Shown piece after piece: positions 48,297 through 58,485 of a stretch of 64,000 nt of DNA. Within the stretch, counting starts at the first letter, position 1. Each line of letters starts with the position of its first letter. The translations under genes and the position numbers were made by a program. Under the pieces are notes generated by a model. It worked only from the letters and a program-made list of their open reading frames with translations, did not search any database and was not told the DNA's origin. This stretch comes from a virus, in the IMG/VR virus record IMGVR_UViG_3300045936_000225, positions 2,258-66,257 of that record. The stretch is one strand, 5' to 3'.

Positions 48297-48731
48297 TTAC
48301 TTCCTCTGCGGAGGTTTCCGCATCTTCATCACGAAACGTCGAATTCGCTCCAACTCGTCCAGGTACTGCGTGTGCTTGACGTCGCAGAAGAAGAAATCGT
48401 CCGCACACTCTATTATATACCAACAGGCCGCAACTACCTTACTTGCTTCCTGTGCGCGCCCAACGATACTGGCGAGTTGGACCTTAATCGGCTGAGGGAA
48501 GTCGCGCTCCGCGAATTCGGCGCAAACCTCACCGATCGTCTTGATGTAGTGAGCAAGCGCCTCGACCTTGAGAAACTTGCAGTTTGGGTCGCCATGCTTG
48601 CGACACTCCGCTTCGAATTCACGAAGCAGATCCTCGTCAAACATGTCCTCGACCTCGACAGGCGTGTCCCGTTCGATGGCCACCTCGATGGCGGCATCAA
48701 CGTAGACTTCTATCGATTCCTTGATGTTCAC
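48297..48731 (-). CDS. hypothetical protein
   Basis: ORF only. Confidence 0.45.
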   Translation of the reverse strand: MNIKESIEVYVDAAIEVAIERDTPVEVEDMFDEDLLREFEAECRKHGDPNCKFLKVEALAHYIKTIGEVCAEFAERDFPQPIKVQLASIVGRAQEASKVVAACWYIIECADDFFFCDVKHTQYLDELERIRRFVMKMRKPPQRK

Positions 48732-50275
48732 TTAAAGTCCCCGCTATCAAAGGGTTCTTCGGTTGACTTGCGCTTGCGGTGAATCACTTCACCTTTGAGC
48801 ACTTCGTTGCGGATCTCTGCCGCAGCCCAAGTGTGCATATGCTCTCCGCCTGGCAAGATGTAGACTGATTCCTGGCCATTCTCGGCGCTGAACTGGACCT
48901 TGTTCTTCGTGGGCTTGGCTTTCGCCATGGACGCTGCGAAGCGCAATTGCTCCGGAGTCATCTTGAAGCCCTCATCTGAATCGAAGGTCTGGCAGATCAT
49001 GAGCCGGAAAACTGAACGTTTGATCGCCCTGGAAGGCCACTCCTTGGCGATGTGAATGGCAGCCACCACATACTCTGGCAGCGCCCTCTCGTGCATCTCA
49101 GCTGTGCCCTTGGATGAAGGTGCACGGCCAGTCGCATCAAAGGCCGAGATATCAATCTCGTTGAGGAACTGGTAAGCTGCTGTCAGGAAATCTGGATTCT
49201 GAAGCGCTGTGTACAGCCGATCGTAGTATTCCCTGCCACCCGGATGCGGCGTCAGAGGATTATCAATCACATACACGCGGCGATCGTTCGGCTCAACTGC
49301 GATGGCACCCGGCTTGTTGGTTGCGCCGATCTTGTGAGCGAAGTTACCGATCGTGAACTGCTCGCCGCCCTTCGGCTCCAGTACGATCATTTCCTCGGTA
49401 ATGAACTGGTGGAAGTTCTCCTTGTTCGAGAACTTCTCGCTCACTTCTTCAGCAAACAGGAAGCGAGCGAACATGCGCCTACGATTGAACTTCTGGGCGT
49501 AGATCTGCTCGAATGTGCCCGTACAGATGACCTGAGCAGGGAACATCCGTTGAAGGAATCTCCCGATCCAGCCGCGCCCAACGCCGTCGTGCGGCGTCGA
49601 ATGAAACAGCAGCCAGTTGACTCGCTCCTCCGGTTTCTGGATTGAGTGAGCCAAGAACTGCAAATGAATGCGAGTCGGCTCGTTCTCCATGCACAGGAAC
49701 TTTAGGTGATCCACGAACATCTTGATGTGTGGAAAAGCGATCTCAGGGGCGAGCTTTTCCTGTAAGGCGTAAGGAGAAGGCTTACAGGAATTGACGCAAG
49801 GTTCAAGGTTGGCGTTGGTGAAGAATGGAAAAGAGTGTGCAGGCGCGAAGTCGTATTTTGTGACAGTTCGTCGAATTGGAGACTGGGACCAGATTGGGAA
49901 CAGCGCCATGAGGCGGAGGCGGTTCGGCGCTCCTTCCGCGTTGTTCGGGTTGTCCCGGTCCCTTGTGACCTTGGATGCCGCGAGGGCATTCTCCATCGCA
50001 GAATACGTGCGAAATAGTCCGGTACGAAGATCAAGGAACTTGTCCGATTCTTCAACATACACGAACCTCTCGTTCATTTCCTGTTCACTGGAGAATATCA
50101 CAGGAAGAGCTGAATCCTTTGCTTCCTCCATCTCCTGATGAAGACGTTCCTCGGCACTAAGTGTGGTGCCTTCGGCGTTGCGTGCCTTCACCTCAATCAT
50201 CCGGACGTATTCCTCGACCGTCGATTCCTTGACGGGACCGTCGTCCCCTAGCAACTCATCAAGTATATCACCCAT
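48728..50275 (-). CDS. replication-associated protein (primase partner; no P-loop seen)
   Basis: 515 aa, ATGA-coupled downstream of the primase. Confidence 0.4.
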   Translation of the reverse strand: MGDILDELLGDDGPVKESTVEEYVRMIEVKARNAEGTTLSAEERLHQEMEEAKDSALPVIFSSEQEMNERFVYVEESDKFLDLRTGLFRTYSAMENALAASKVTRDRDNPNNAEGAPNRLRLMALFPIWSQSPIRRTVTKYDFAPAHSFPFFTNANLEPCVNSCKPSPYALQEKLAPEIAFPHIKMFVDHLKFLCMENEPTRIHLQFLAHSIQKPEERVNWLLFHSTPHDGVGRGWIGRFLQRMFPAQVICTGTFEQIYAQKFNRRRMFARFLFAEEVSEKFSNKENFHQFITEEMIVLEPKGGEQFTIGNFAHKIGATNKPGAIAVEPNDRRVYVIDNPLTPHPGGREYYDRLYTALQNPDFLTAAYQFLNEIDISAFDATGRAPSSKGTAEMHERALPEYVVAAIHIAKEWPSRAIKRSVFRLMICQTFDSDEGFKMTPEQLRFAASMAKAKPTKNKVQFSAENGQESVYILPGGEHMHTWAAAEIRNEVLKGEVIHRKRKSTEEPFDSGDFK

Positions 50276-51258
50276 CAGCGACCCCAGGATTCGTTGGCGA
50301 CGTTGAGATCCTCAACGCAGCGCTCATTTAGCAGCTCGGTTAGGTCAGCCCAGCGCCTCCCTTGGCAGTGGCCGTGGAAGCACTTGAAGGAACCGTAGAA
50401 CCGATTCTCTGCGGCCGGCTCGCGAATGTCAGCGCCGGTTTTATTGCCACCAGTATGTTCATCACCCCATGGACAGACTACTTCGCGCCAGCCACCCAGA
50501 TTAGGCTCGCTCTTGCGCGGAATGACACCCATGGCTCGACAAAGTCGAACAGTCAGATCGAATGCATCCCGACGAGCTGTTAGCTCCTCCTCGGAAATGT
50601 CCTCAGCGATCAATGGCCGCCGATACGTGGCGGCATAGTCAAGCTTCAGCTCCGCGGCGAGGTTCTGCCAGGACCACATCTTGCCGTCCTGCTTATTCCA
50701 GGTCACCCTGAAATCGCCGCCATACTTCGGCTTCGTGTTGCGGAATCCAGGAATGCGCACAACACGGTTCGTGCCCATCATACCTGGATCAATGCCTGCG
50801 GCATACCGATCAACGAATGATCTCTGCAGTGCTTCAAAGGTGCCTTGCGCGCATCCTGGCCGCAGGAGGTACCACCACTGCTGATTGCCGGGAGAGGTCT
50901 CGACAATCCACGTCGGTTCTACATGAGCGAACGTGTCGGGAAAGAGTTTGGCGCTTCCGCTGCTTCCGACGTCGTCGATGACGAACGCTCGAGCTGACTG
51001 GAATAATGCCTTCTGACGTCGAAAACTACCGTCTGGTGCCTTACCGAAGGTGCTGACGCAGACGTAGCCGTTGTGTTGAGTGTCGATCCTGAGCGGCGCA
51101 CCCGGCTTCCAAGGAATGGGGCGCCACCCTCTGTCTGAAGATCCTTCAGGATTGACAGGAATGTCTTGGAGAATGAATCGTTCAATTGGTGAGCATCCGC
51201 CTGTCTTGGCAGCCAGCTGCTCGAGAAATCTTATGGCCAGTGCTTCGTGGCTTTCCAA
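50275..51258 (-). CDS. DNA primase (prim-pol-like N-terminal domain + C-terminal zinc ribbon)
   Basis: AFVIDDVGS (hhhDxD), and CPWGDEHTGG ... FKCFHGHC zinc-ribbon typical of phage/plasmid primases. Confidence 0.55.
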   Translation of the reverse strand: MESHEALAIRFLEQLAAKTGGCSPIERFILQDIPVNPEGSSDRGWRPIPWKPGAPLRIDTQHNGYVCVSTFGKAPDGSFRRQKALFQSARAFVIDDVGSSGSAKLFPDTFAHVEPTWIVETSPGNQQWWYLLRPGCAQGTFEALQRSFVDRYAAGIDPGMMGTNRVVRIPGFRNTKPKYGGDFRVTWNKQDGKMWSWQNLAAELKLDYAATYRRPLIAEDISEEELTARRDAFDLTVRLCRAMGVIPRKSEPNLGGWREVVCPWGDEHTGGNKTGADIREPAAENRFYGSFKCFHGHCQGRRWADLTELLNERCVEDLNVANESWGR

Positions 51259-51423
51259 AGTTCGCTCCCAACTGCCCTCCTGTTAAAGAGGGAGCCACGT
51301 CTTGCGCCCATTACGTGGCCAGAATGGTAACAACCGCGTCGCTTTACTGCTGGGGACTAACCTGCAGCGGGAGCCAGCGGCTACGCTTGGAAAATTGTTC
51401 TTATAGGGTCCTTCGATGCTCGC

Positions 51424-52380
51424 TCAGAACTTGTCGTCGTCCCCGGAGCTTGCAGCGCCGCCGGCTGAGCTACTACCCGACTCCGCGCCTGCAAGGTCAA
51501 CCTTGACCTCGTTGCCCTTCACCGAAGTGTAGAAGGCTGCACCCATGTCGAAGATCCACTTCTTCTGGACAGGGCCGTCGAGTGCCACGCTCACGCCGTA
51601 CCAGCTGCCCTGGTCATTCGACTCCTTGACCGTGGTGATGCGGTAGACGTAGCCGAACGTTGGCGCGATCGCCAAGGTGCCGGCGCCGGTCTTGATGGTA
51701 CGTTCCCGCATCATCGCGTTGAAGAGCTTGCTCTTCTTGATCTGCGTGGAAGCGAGGCTCATCAGCACGCGGCTCGGCAGCTGGTCAGGATCTTCCTCGT
51801 CGAGGATCAGGCCGTAGTGCAGCCGGTTGTCGGCGAGACGGTCGCACATGTCCTTGTCGACCTTGCCGTCCTTGATGTAGTAATCGCGGCCCTCGAAGCT
51901 GACAAGCTCGCCATTGTCACGCTGCCGCGCGACGTCGGCTTCGCTGACCTCGCCCTTGAAGCCGCCACCGGCCTTGCGCGCTCCCCAGCGAAGCAGCTTG
52001 CGCTCGAAGTAGCACGGGACGAACAGGAGTCCGGTCTTGCCGTCGTAGAGCTTGCCGGTCACGCTGTTGTACAGCTGGCCCTGCTTGGCCTCCTCGATGT
52101 ACTTGCCGTCCGATTCGTCCAGCTCCGGGCTGAGCGGCTGGAGGACCTTGAGGAATGGGATTGCGACATCGGCGCCGGACATCGCGTCGGTACCAGCACC
52201 TGCGTACTGGTCCATGCTGAACTGTTCAGCTGCTGCGACTGCCTGTGCAGCGGGTGGCGCCTGAGTTGCTACCGCCTTTGTGGGCTGGGCTGCCGGCTTG
52301 GCCGGTGCTGCTGGTTTTGCTACCGCCTTTGTGGGCTGGGCTGCCGGCTTGGCCGGTGCTGCTGGTTTTGCTGTTGCCAT
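51424..52380 (-). CDS. putative gp2.5-like ssDNA-binding/annealing protein with repeated AKPAAPAKPAAQPTKAV N-terminus (tentative)
   Basis: Acidic C-terminal tail ending SGDDDKF (cf. SSB DDDIPF). GGAGA Shine-Dalgarno. Contains the 2 x 51-bp tandem repeat. Confidence 0.4.
   Translation of the reverse strand: MATAKPAAPAKPAAQPTKAVAKPAAPAKPAAQPTKAVATQAPPAAQAVAAAEQFSMDQYAGAGTDAMSGADVAIPFLKVLQPLSPELDESDGKYIEEAKQGQLYNSVTGKLYDGKTGLLFVPCYFERKLLRWGARKAGGGFKGEVSEADVARQRDNGELVSFEGRDYYIKDGKVDKDMCDRLADNRLHYGLILDEEDPDQLPSRVLMSLASTQIKKSKLFNAMMRERTIKTGAGTLAIAPTFGYVYRITTVKESNDQGSWYGVSVALDGPVQKKWIFDMGAAFYTSVKGNEVKVDLAGAESGSSSAGGAASSGDDDKF
52268..52369 (-). repeat. perfect 2 x 51-bp tandem repeat encoding AKPAAPAKPAAQPTKAV x2
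   Basis: Read directly from the sequence. Confidence 0.85.
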
Positions 52381-52462
52381 TGATATCTCCAAGTCAAGGA
52401 TGATGTTGCGGCACCCTCGTAACCGCGTGGAACTCTATTATAACTCCGCCACGGCGCAACCG

Positions 52463-52672
52463 CTAGGGCGGAATTGTCACGACGTCAATGCTAACTGCCA
52501 CATATCGCGGCCCCGCACCCGCTTGCTTGGGATGGGACACGCGAATAGTTGAAACGATGCTCTGAGGGTGATCGCGCTCGTAAGCCTCGATCGCCCCGGC
52601 AATGCGCATCTCAAGACCTTCAAGATGCGGGTTTCGGATTGCTGAAGACAAACTTGCTCCTTTGATCTTCAT
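52463..52672 (-). CDS. small hypothetical protein
   Basis: ORF only. Confidence 0.3.
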   Translation of the reverse strand: MKIKGASLSSAIRNPHLEGLEMRIAGAIEAYERDHPQSIVSTIRVSHPKQAGAGPRYVAVSIDVVTIPP

Positions 52673-52777
52673 GCGTCCATACGGCACGGAAGATCGCCAG
52701 TGACAGCAGGCCGTCATACTTCGGCGCGCAGCAAGTAAGCTGCGAGCGGACATACGCGCGGATGATCGGATTCAGGC

Positions 52778-53458
52778 TCACTTCTTTTTCTTCTTGATCC
52801 GAGTGATCTTCGCGTTGTCATAGACGCGAACGTTGAAGAGATTCTCTGGCGGCATGACACCCGCCTCCACAGACTGCTTCGCCCAGCTCTTGAGCGTGCT
52901 CGGATGGACACTCATCTTGACGTCCGCATCGAATCCTGCCTTCTCCAGAGCCTTCTGCGCAGCCGCAACCTTCTCGTGGTCGCCAGCACCGAAACGGGAG
53001 GTGACCTCAGTCTTGATGACGTCACCGTGATTGTTCTCGACCATCCAGGCATAGGCGTCAGGCTTCTTCTCATCTGGGATGGAGATGTCGACGCCGCTAG
53101 TGATCTTGACCTCGATGTCGCCGCGAGTCACCTCGTTCATGCCGAGCTCGTGGAGCAGGTTGGGAAGGTCCTCCTGCTGTACGCGGCGAAGGGTGCTCTT
53201 CGCGCGTTCCAGCTCTTCTTCGAGGGAGTCGATGCGCGCCGTCTGCTCATCGGCATATCGGATGAGTTGGTCGAGGCGCTGCCCAGGATTCAGGTTCTGG
53301 GTTACTGGCGCTTGACGGACATGATCGATGGCAGCGCCGGTGGAGTAACGTTCGAGATCGGCGGCTGTTATCTCTTGCCAATCTCTCTTATCGGGTCGTT
53401 CGATGCTCGACGAGGCTTTACTCATCGCGGCTTCCTTCTGGTTATCTGCCCACGCCAA
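52778..53458 (-). CDS. hypothetical protein with KKKKK C-terminus
   Basis: ORF only. Confidence 0.45.
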   Translation of the reverse strand: MAWADNQKEAAMSKASSSIERPDKRDWQEITAADLERYSTGAAIDHVRQAPVTQNLNPGQRLDQLIRYADEQTARIDSLEEELERAKSTLRRVQQEDLPNLLHELGMNEVTRGDIEVKITSGVDISIPDEKKPDAYAWMVENNHGDVIKTEVTSRFGAGDHEKVAAAQKALEKAGFDADVKMSVHPSTLKSWAKQSVEAGVMPPENLFNVRVYDNAKITRIKKKKK

Positions 53459-53477
53459 TCGTGAGCAGGAACTGCTA

Positions 53478-53738
53478 TTATAGCCTAGAACGGTCCTGAC
53501 GTAAAGCTTGCGTTATCGGCTTCACCCAGTACTGCCAGACACCCTTTCCCCACGCGGCAGCATACAGAACGTTCAAGAGCGTGATTCCCCATTGGCTGGC
53601 CGAGATCGATGCATAGAACCAGAAGGGCTGCCCGGCAATGCCGAACAGGCAAGCGTACTGGCGAATCCGCTCAGACTTCGCTTGCGTCAGGAAGATGGCA
53701 ACAACGCCAGTGAGTGCAATGCCGACCTGGTCAATCAT
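53478..53738 (-). CDS. small multi-TM membrane protein
   Basis: Three hydrophobic segments in 86 aa. Confidence 0.45.
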   Translation of the reverse strand: MIDQVGIALTGVVAIFLTQAKSERIRQYACLFGIAGQPFWFYASISASQWGITLLNVLYAAAWGKGVWQYWVKPITQALRQDRSRL

Positions 53739-53897
53739 TGATTGGCTCTGCCATGTTGATGAACAGGCACTTATTGATCGGCAGGATCATCAGATTGCCC
53801 TGCGGCGTAGGCCTGACTATGAGCGCATCAGCGCCAACGAAAGTTCGTCTGAGTTGATCCCATAGCCGCGCAATCGGATAGAAGTCTTCCTGCTTGC

Positions 53898-54116
53898 TCA
53901 TCGCTGCTGAATCTTCGCGAGGTAGTTCCTCATGCAGGGGAGGCCGCAGAAATGCAGCGGCTGATCGATCGGCGGCTGCACGAACGTAGCGAATATCGGC
54001 ATTCCGCTAATGTGCAGAAGCGGCTCGCATTCCACATTGATGCGGAAGCGTGGCATCGAATTGGTGACTGTTAAGTCAGCCTGACAGTAGTCGCACTCGA
54101 TTTTGACCGTCTTCAT
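53898..54116 (-). CDS. small zinc-ribbon protein
   Basis: CDYC ... C ... C pattern. Confidence 0.4.
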   Translation of the reverse strand: MKTVKIECDYCQADLTVTNSMPRFRINVECEPLLHISGMPIFATFVQPPIDQPLHFCGLPCMRNYLAKIQQR

Positions 54117-54260
54117 GCCATCGCCGCCTGATTCTCTGCGCAGCGAAAGTCATATCCAGCGTAGTAGGCGAGCCACGCGATATCCCTGTTCTCAACGATG
54201 TGATGCTGCGCGCAGAAGCGATTGAAGTCAGCCCACATCACATCGCTGATGCCTTCCGGC

Positions 54261-54557
54261 TTACCTATCCGCATACAGAACTCTGCCTCCTTCGTCTTCG
54301 ATCTTCAGCACGCGATAGTCGGTCTCGCCGCAGGGATAAAGCTCGCGCATCGCTTCCTGAACGCTCACTCCTGCAGCATACTGAAAGAACAGGTGGCGAT
54401 TACAGTCGCAGCGGAAGTTGCCTTCCTCCCAGATGTATGGCCAGAACGGCGCCACATCTTCAGCGCCAGGCTGCGGATGATCAGGTTGCTCCATGTCCGT
54501 CTCGTAGATGCGCACCAGCTGATCGGAGTGGCGACGGATGTGGATTTTGAGCTTCAT
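54261..54557 (-). CDS. hypothetical protein
   Basis: ORF only. Confidence 0.45.
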   Translation of the reverse strand: MKLKIHIRRHSDQLVRIYETDMEQPDHPQPGAEDVAPFWPYIWEEGNFRCDCNRHLFFQYAAGVSVQEAMRELYPCGETDYRVLKIEDEGGRVLYADR

Positions 54558-54814
54558 TCTAAGTCAACAACTACCGACTCTAGTTATGCGTTGACCGCTA
54601 ACGCTTCTGGTCCCTGTCTGCATGATGCCAACTCGTTCATTATGCATGGCAAACTTATTCCGGGCGAAGACTATTCCAAGTGGGTCTGAGACGCAGAGCC
54701 GGTAGGTCTTGACTCAGGAGAATGGCCGCGTCCTCTGCAGGTCCGCGGCCATTCAAGTCTGACAGACTTCAGGCACGATGCGCGGCATTGCTGGCGCGCA
54801 CCTTTGTGGCTGTG

Positions 54815-55288
54815 TCAGTCCTCGTCGGCCTCGTCGTTGCCTTCGTCCTCGACGACCTCGTCGTCGCTGGCCACGCCGGCGTTCTTCAGCTTCTTCGCGT
54901 CACGGTCGGCGATCGCTTCCGGCTGCGCGCCAACCCACTCGGCGATCTTGCCCTCGGCGGTTCCGTAGGCCACCTCGGTGAAGGTGTGTCCTTCGAACTC
55001 GCAGGTGCCGCCGTTCTTGCGCATCTTGACCAGCAGCTTGCCGGCCTTCTTGTGCGCACCCGGGACCTTCGCAGCGTCCAGGGCCTTGCGCGGCGATGCG
55101 TACACGACGCCGTTGAACTCGCAGTGGCTCTTCTTCACCACACGACCGGCGGTCGCCGCAGGGGCAGCGGCCTCTTCGACCACCTCTTCCTCGGAGGCTT
55201 CGTCGGCGACCGGAGCCACCTTCTCTTCCACCACTTCCTGCTTCACCGGTGCCGGTGCCGGCTTCGCAGCCGCTTTTGCCTTTGCCAT
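54815..55288 (-). CDS. H1/AlgP-like KAKAAAKPAP N-terminal protein with acidic C-terminus
   Basis: GGATGAGG Shine-Dalgarno. Internal duplicated CEF.G motif. Confidence 0.45.
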   Translation of the reverse strand: MAKAKAAAKPAPAPVKQEVVEEKVAPVADEASEEEVVEEAAAPAATAGRVVKKSHCEFNGVVYASPRKALDAAKVPGAHKKAGKLLVKMRKNGGTCEFEGHTFTEVAYGTAEGKIAEWVGAQPEAIADRDAKKLKNAGVASDDEVVEDEGNDEADED

Positions 55289-55390
55289 GATCCTCATCCT
55301 TTGCCCGTTGGGGCGGTTGTAAATTCAAGCTCAGGCGTAGGATAGCCTATCCAAGCCCTTGCGTAAACAGGTTTTTGGCTTGCGCGCCCA

Positions 55391-55645
55391 TTATTTGGCG
55401 TGCGTTAGAGCGCGAAGCTTCGGCATCAGAGCAGGGTGAACCACGAGTGATTCACCCATACCCATATCGGCCAGCATGAACATCGCAGGCGTTTCCTTCA
55501 TACCGAAACTCTTCAGGAACTTCTTGTCCATGCGCAGCCAGTGCCGCCTGCTCTTCGCCTTGCGCTTCGGATAGACGCGAGCGCGCTCTCTGGTGACCGC
55601 AGCTACGCTCTGGATGATGCGTAGCGCGGCAGGATCCCTGAACAT
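55391..55645 (-). CDS. hypothetical protein
   Basis: ORF only. Confidence 0.4.
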   Translation of the reverse strand: MFRDPAALRIIQSVAAVTRERARVYPKRKAKSRRHWLRMDKKFLKSFGMKETPAMFMLADMGMGESLVVHPALMPKLRALTHAK

Positions 55646-55830
55646 CAGATCAGCCTTGTCATCTTACCGAGAACGAAGGCGATGGCCAGGATGAGCGCAA
55701 AGCCCGGGAAGATGAAGATGGTCACGACAATCGCTACTGCGATCAGCGCCCATCCAATCACCCAGAGACCGTGCCGCGCAATGGCGATGAAGAACAGCGC
55801 CACATTATCCGCTGCTTCAATCGCCGCCAT
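55645..55830 (-). CDS. small 2-TM membrane protein (start uncertain)
   Basis: Hydrophobic helices. Overlaps the phosphatase gene 3' end. Confidence 0.3.
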   Translation of the reverse strand: MAAIEAADNVALFFIAIARHGLWVIGWALIAVAIVVTIFIFPGFALILAIAFVLGKMTRLI

Positions 55831-56371
55831 CACTCGCCGGGAATACATTGGCCACGCCCGCTGAGAAAGGGCGATCCACGCTTGTTTGGACCACTGGTTC
55901 ATCGAAGCCCTCCACTACTTTGTCGAACAGAACTGGGGTGTAATTCGTGCGCTCCAAAGAGACGCAGCGATAACGGTGATCAGGAACTACATTCGCGTGC
56001 ATGTGCCCGTGAATGTTCAGCTTCCACCTCTGAAGTTGATTCGGGTGGCAAGGCAGGTGCGTCAGCAGGAAGTCGCGATACGATACGGCGCCAAAGACGC
56101 GATCGAAATTCGCGAGGTAGACGTCCATGGTATGGGTGTCATGGTTGCCCATCACCAGCTTCTTCCTGCCATTCAACTGGCCGAGGCATTTCCATCCTTC
56201 GCGGAAATAGACGTCACCAAGGTGCCAGACGATATCCTTTGGCCGCACCACCGAATTCCAGCGAGCGATGATATCGCGATCATGCTCCTCAACCGTGGCA
56301 TATGGACGGAACGTGACCGCTTTGAGGTGGCCAAAGTGAGTGTCAGCCGTGACGAAGACGCGATTGCTCAT
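55817..56371 (-). CDS. calcineurin-like metallophosphatase (Ser/Thr phosphatase family)
   Basis: DTHFGH, GDVY, GNHD, GHMH motifs. Confidence 0.75.
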   Translation of the reverse strand: MSNRVFVTADTHFGHLKAVTFRPYATVEEHDRDIIARWNSVVRPKDIVWHLGDVYFREGWKCLGQLNGRKKLVMGNHDTHTMDVYLANFDRVFGAVSYRDFLLTHLPCHPNQLQRWKLNIHGHMHANVVPDHRYRCVSLERTNYTPVLFDKVVEGFDEPVVQTSVDRPFSAGVANVFPASDGGD

Positions 56372-56769
56372 TGGCCTCTGACCTCATCATTGAATTCGTG
56401 TTGCCAGCCTTTGCTGATGGCATATGACTCTCGCAGAACGTGACCGACGGCACGAGAGAACTTGTTGATGCGCACCAGAGCTTCGGGATCCTTGATCATG
56501 TCGAAGTAGATGCGCGCTTGCTCGCAGACCTTGCACAGTGTGTCGAGCTCACGCCATGTTGCCTGCGGCCACCAAGCAGTGTTACCTTCGTAGCACTCCT
56601 TGGGCTTCGTCGTGAGTGTCAACTCCCAACGACTCAGAATAGCTCCGTCGTTTGCTGTCGATCTGCAGACAGCGTCATAGTGCACCAAGGCAAGACGACG
56701 AAGATCAACGACAGTGAGGAGGTCAAGGTCGAGATAGAATTTGACCTCGCCATACATCTGCACCTTCAT
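56368..56769 (-). CDS. hypothetical protein
   Basis: GAGG Shine-Dalgarno before the internal ATG. Confidence 0.45.
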   Translation of the reverse strand: MKVQMYGEVKFYLDLDLLTVVDLRRLALVHYDAVCRSTANDGAILSRWELTLTTKPKECYEGNTAWWPQATWRELDTLCKVCEQARIYFDMIKDPEALVRINKFSRAVGHVLRESYAISKGWQHEFNDEVRGQ

Positions 56770-57124
56770 TTGAACCTCGGATGCAGCTTGATCTCCACCT
56801 TGCCGTAGAGCTCCTCCTGCGGTGAGCCGCCATGAGGTCGAGGGCAAGCTTGTGATTGCCCGGCATGCTGGTGCCGCCATCGCTCCAGTAGTAGCAATGA
56901 GGGCACGGCGGACGACCGCAGAAGTCATGCGGCAGAGGTGAGATTGCGATCCACATCAGAGTTCCTTGCAAGTAACGAGATATGTCTTTCCTGCCATGTC
57001 AATGACAAGCCTTTGCTCCACGAGGTCTACCAGCTTGACCTTCATGCGACCGCCCATGCCATGGTGCTCCAGACCGTCAATGACGATCTGGAGTGCATCA
57101 TTCACCTTCTCGATGCCAGTGGTC

Positions 57125-57583
57125 TCAGCCATCGACAAACTCGTTAAGCACGGAGTTGTCGAGGCGTTCCTGGAAGGCAGTCGTCCGAAGGTGCTGCCAC
57201 CAATCAGGATAGGCGTAGACGTCATGCGTACGCTGCATCGTTGACAGGAAATCCCGATGATCCTTGAGCGAATAGAAGAAATCAGCCTGCTCAGCCGTCA
57301 ACACCGTCTGCATGACATCTAAGCTGTGACGACGATTAGTGCCATCTTTCATGACGACAGCGCGCTCAACGAGTGTGGTCACTCCGCGACCCTCAAGAGC
57401 TTCGGTGTACAGCTCATCGGGAATGATGCAACCAACAGCGCACGAAAGGCCGCCAGGAGCGCGATATCTGCAGCTCCATGAAGGTGGCGAGCCGCGCTTT
57501 CCCTCATTGATGTTGCACTCTGCCTTCTTCTTCTGCGTGAGAAGGTGTCTTGAGATTCGATCAAAGAGTTCTTGTCTAGTCAT
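57125..57583 (-). CDS. hypothetical protein, intact paralogue of the frameshifted gene at 61202-61718
   Basis: Shared motifs RHLLTQ ... CAVG.IPDEL ... DFF. Confidence 0.5.
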   Translation of the reverse strand: MTRQELFDRISRHLLTQKKKAECNINEGKRGSPPSWSCRYRAPGGLSCAVGCIIPDELYTEALEGRGVTTLVERAVVMKDGTNRRHSLDVMQTVLTAEQADFFYSLKDHRDFLSTMQRTHDVYAYPDWWQHLRTTAFQERLDNSVLNEFVDG

Positions 57584-58032
57584 CTCGGCTCCACTGGGTT
57601 GACGCGGCCAAGCACATAGTCTGGCCGCCGTTGATCTGGCTGAGGGCAGACGGCGATGATGCGATAACCTGCCTTCAAATCTTCGTTCAGCTGTTCGGTG
57701 CAGTAGTCAGTGCGCACGAGCACTTCGTTGATGAGGAGCAAGCCGAGGCCGGGCACGGTGACGTTGCACCGCGCATTCATCGGCAGCGGCCTGCTGTCCG
57801 TTTCGACATCCAGGTTGTCGATGTGCCGAGTCGGATAGTAGATGTGCTTCTCGATCTTGTATGGAACGAGAGGGACCTTGTCGAGATCGACGAGGTGGTG
57901 CTGCCACCAATTGATCTCGCCCTTCTCATTGATGATTGGCACTTCATCCAGAGATGCCTTCTTCAGCAGCTCCTGCTCAAGCTCTGATGGCTGGTAGCTG
58001 CTGTCAAAGGAGATCTTGCATATGCGCGTCAT
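57580..58032 (-). CDS. hypothetical protein
   Basis: ATGA-coupled. Confidence 0.45.
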   Translation of the reverse strand: MTRICKISFDSSYQPSELEQELLKKASLDEVPIINEKGEINWWQHHLVDLDKVPLVPYKIEKHIYYPTRHIDNLDVETDSRPLPMNARCNVTVPGLGLLLINEVLVRTDYCTEQLNEDLKAGYRIIAVCPQPDQRRPDYVLGRVNPVEPR

Positions 58033-58229
58033 GACGCAACCTCCAGCTGATGGCGATCGAAGTCCACCTGATCACCAACGCGATATGCGCGCTGATGAGC
58101 CTGCTGCGGAACTTCGGTCAGCAACACCTCGTAGACCGGCACCTCGTCATGCTCCGAGATGCCGATCAACTCGCCGAGGCAACCGGCAGCGCGCCCGTCA
58201 AGGACGCGCACTTTGTCGCCGATCTTCAC
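58029..58229 (-). CDS. small hypothetical protein
   Basis: ATGA-coupled. Confidence 0.4.
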   Translation of the reverse strand: MKIGDKVRVLDGRAAGCLGELIGISEHDEVPVYEVLLTEVPQQAHQRAYRVGDQVDFDRHQLEVAS

Positions 58230-58483
58230 AGCTCGCCACGCAGCGCGTGGAGCGCCAACATGGTGAGCGTCTCTGAGAGCTCCACCCGCTTGTTGCCGCG
58301 CCTGTACTTGGCGATGATGGCGGCCTCTGCCTTGAGCAAATAGGCCAGAGCGTCCTGCGTATTGGCAGCAGGCTTCTCGCCCATCGCCTTGAGGCGCTCT
58401 GCCTTGCGCTTCTCACGCGTGGCCTTCGCCATCGCCTTCTTCGCCTTGGACCATGGGCCGGTCCTGCCGTTCTTCTTTGCCAT
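58226..58483 (-). CDS. small basic protein
   Basis: ATGA-coupled. Confidence 0.4.
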   Translation of the reverse strand: MAKKNGRTGPWSKAKKAMAKATREKRKAERLKAMGEKPAANTQDALAYLLKAEAAIIAKYRRGNKRVELSETLTMLALHALRGEL

Positions 58484-58485
58484 GA

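Noticed and set aside
55341-55353. Palindrome GGATAGcCTATCC upstream of the H1-like gene
   Set aside because: It is too short to interpret, 6-bp arms with a 1-nt centre. It is noted as a possible operator but not reported as a feature.
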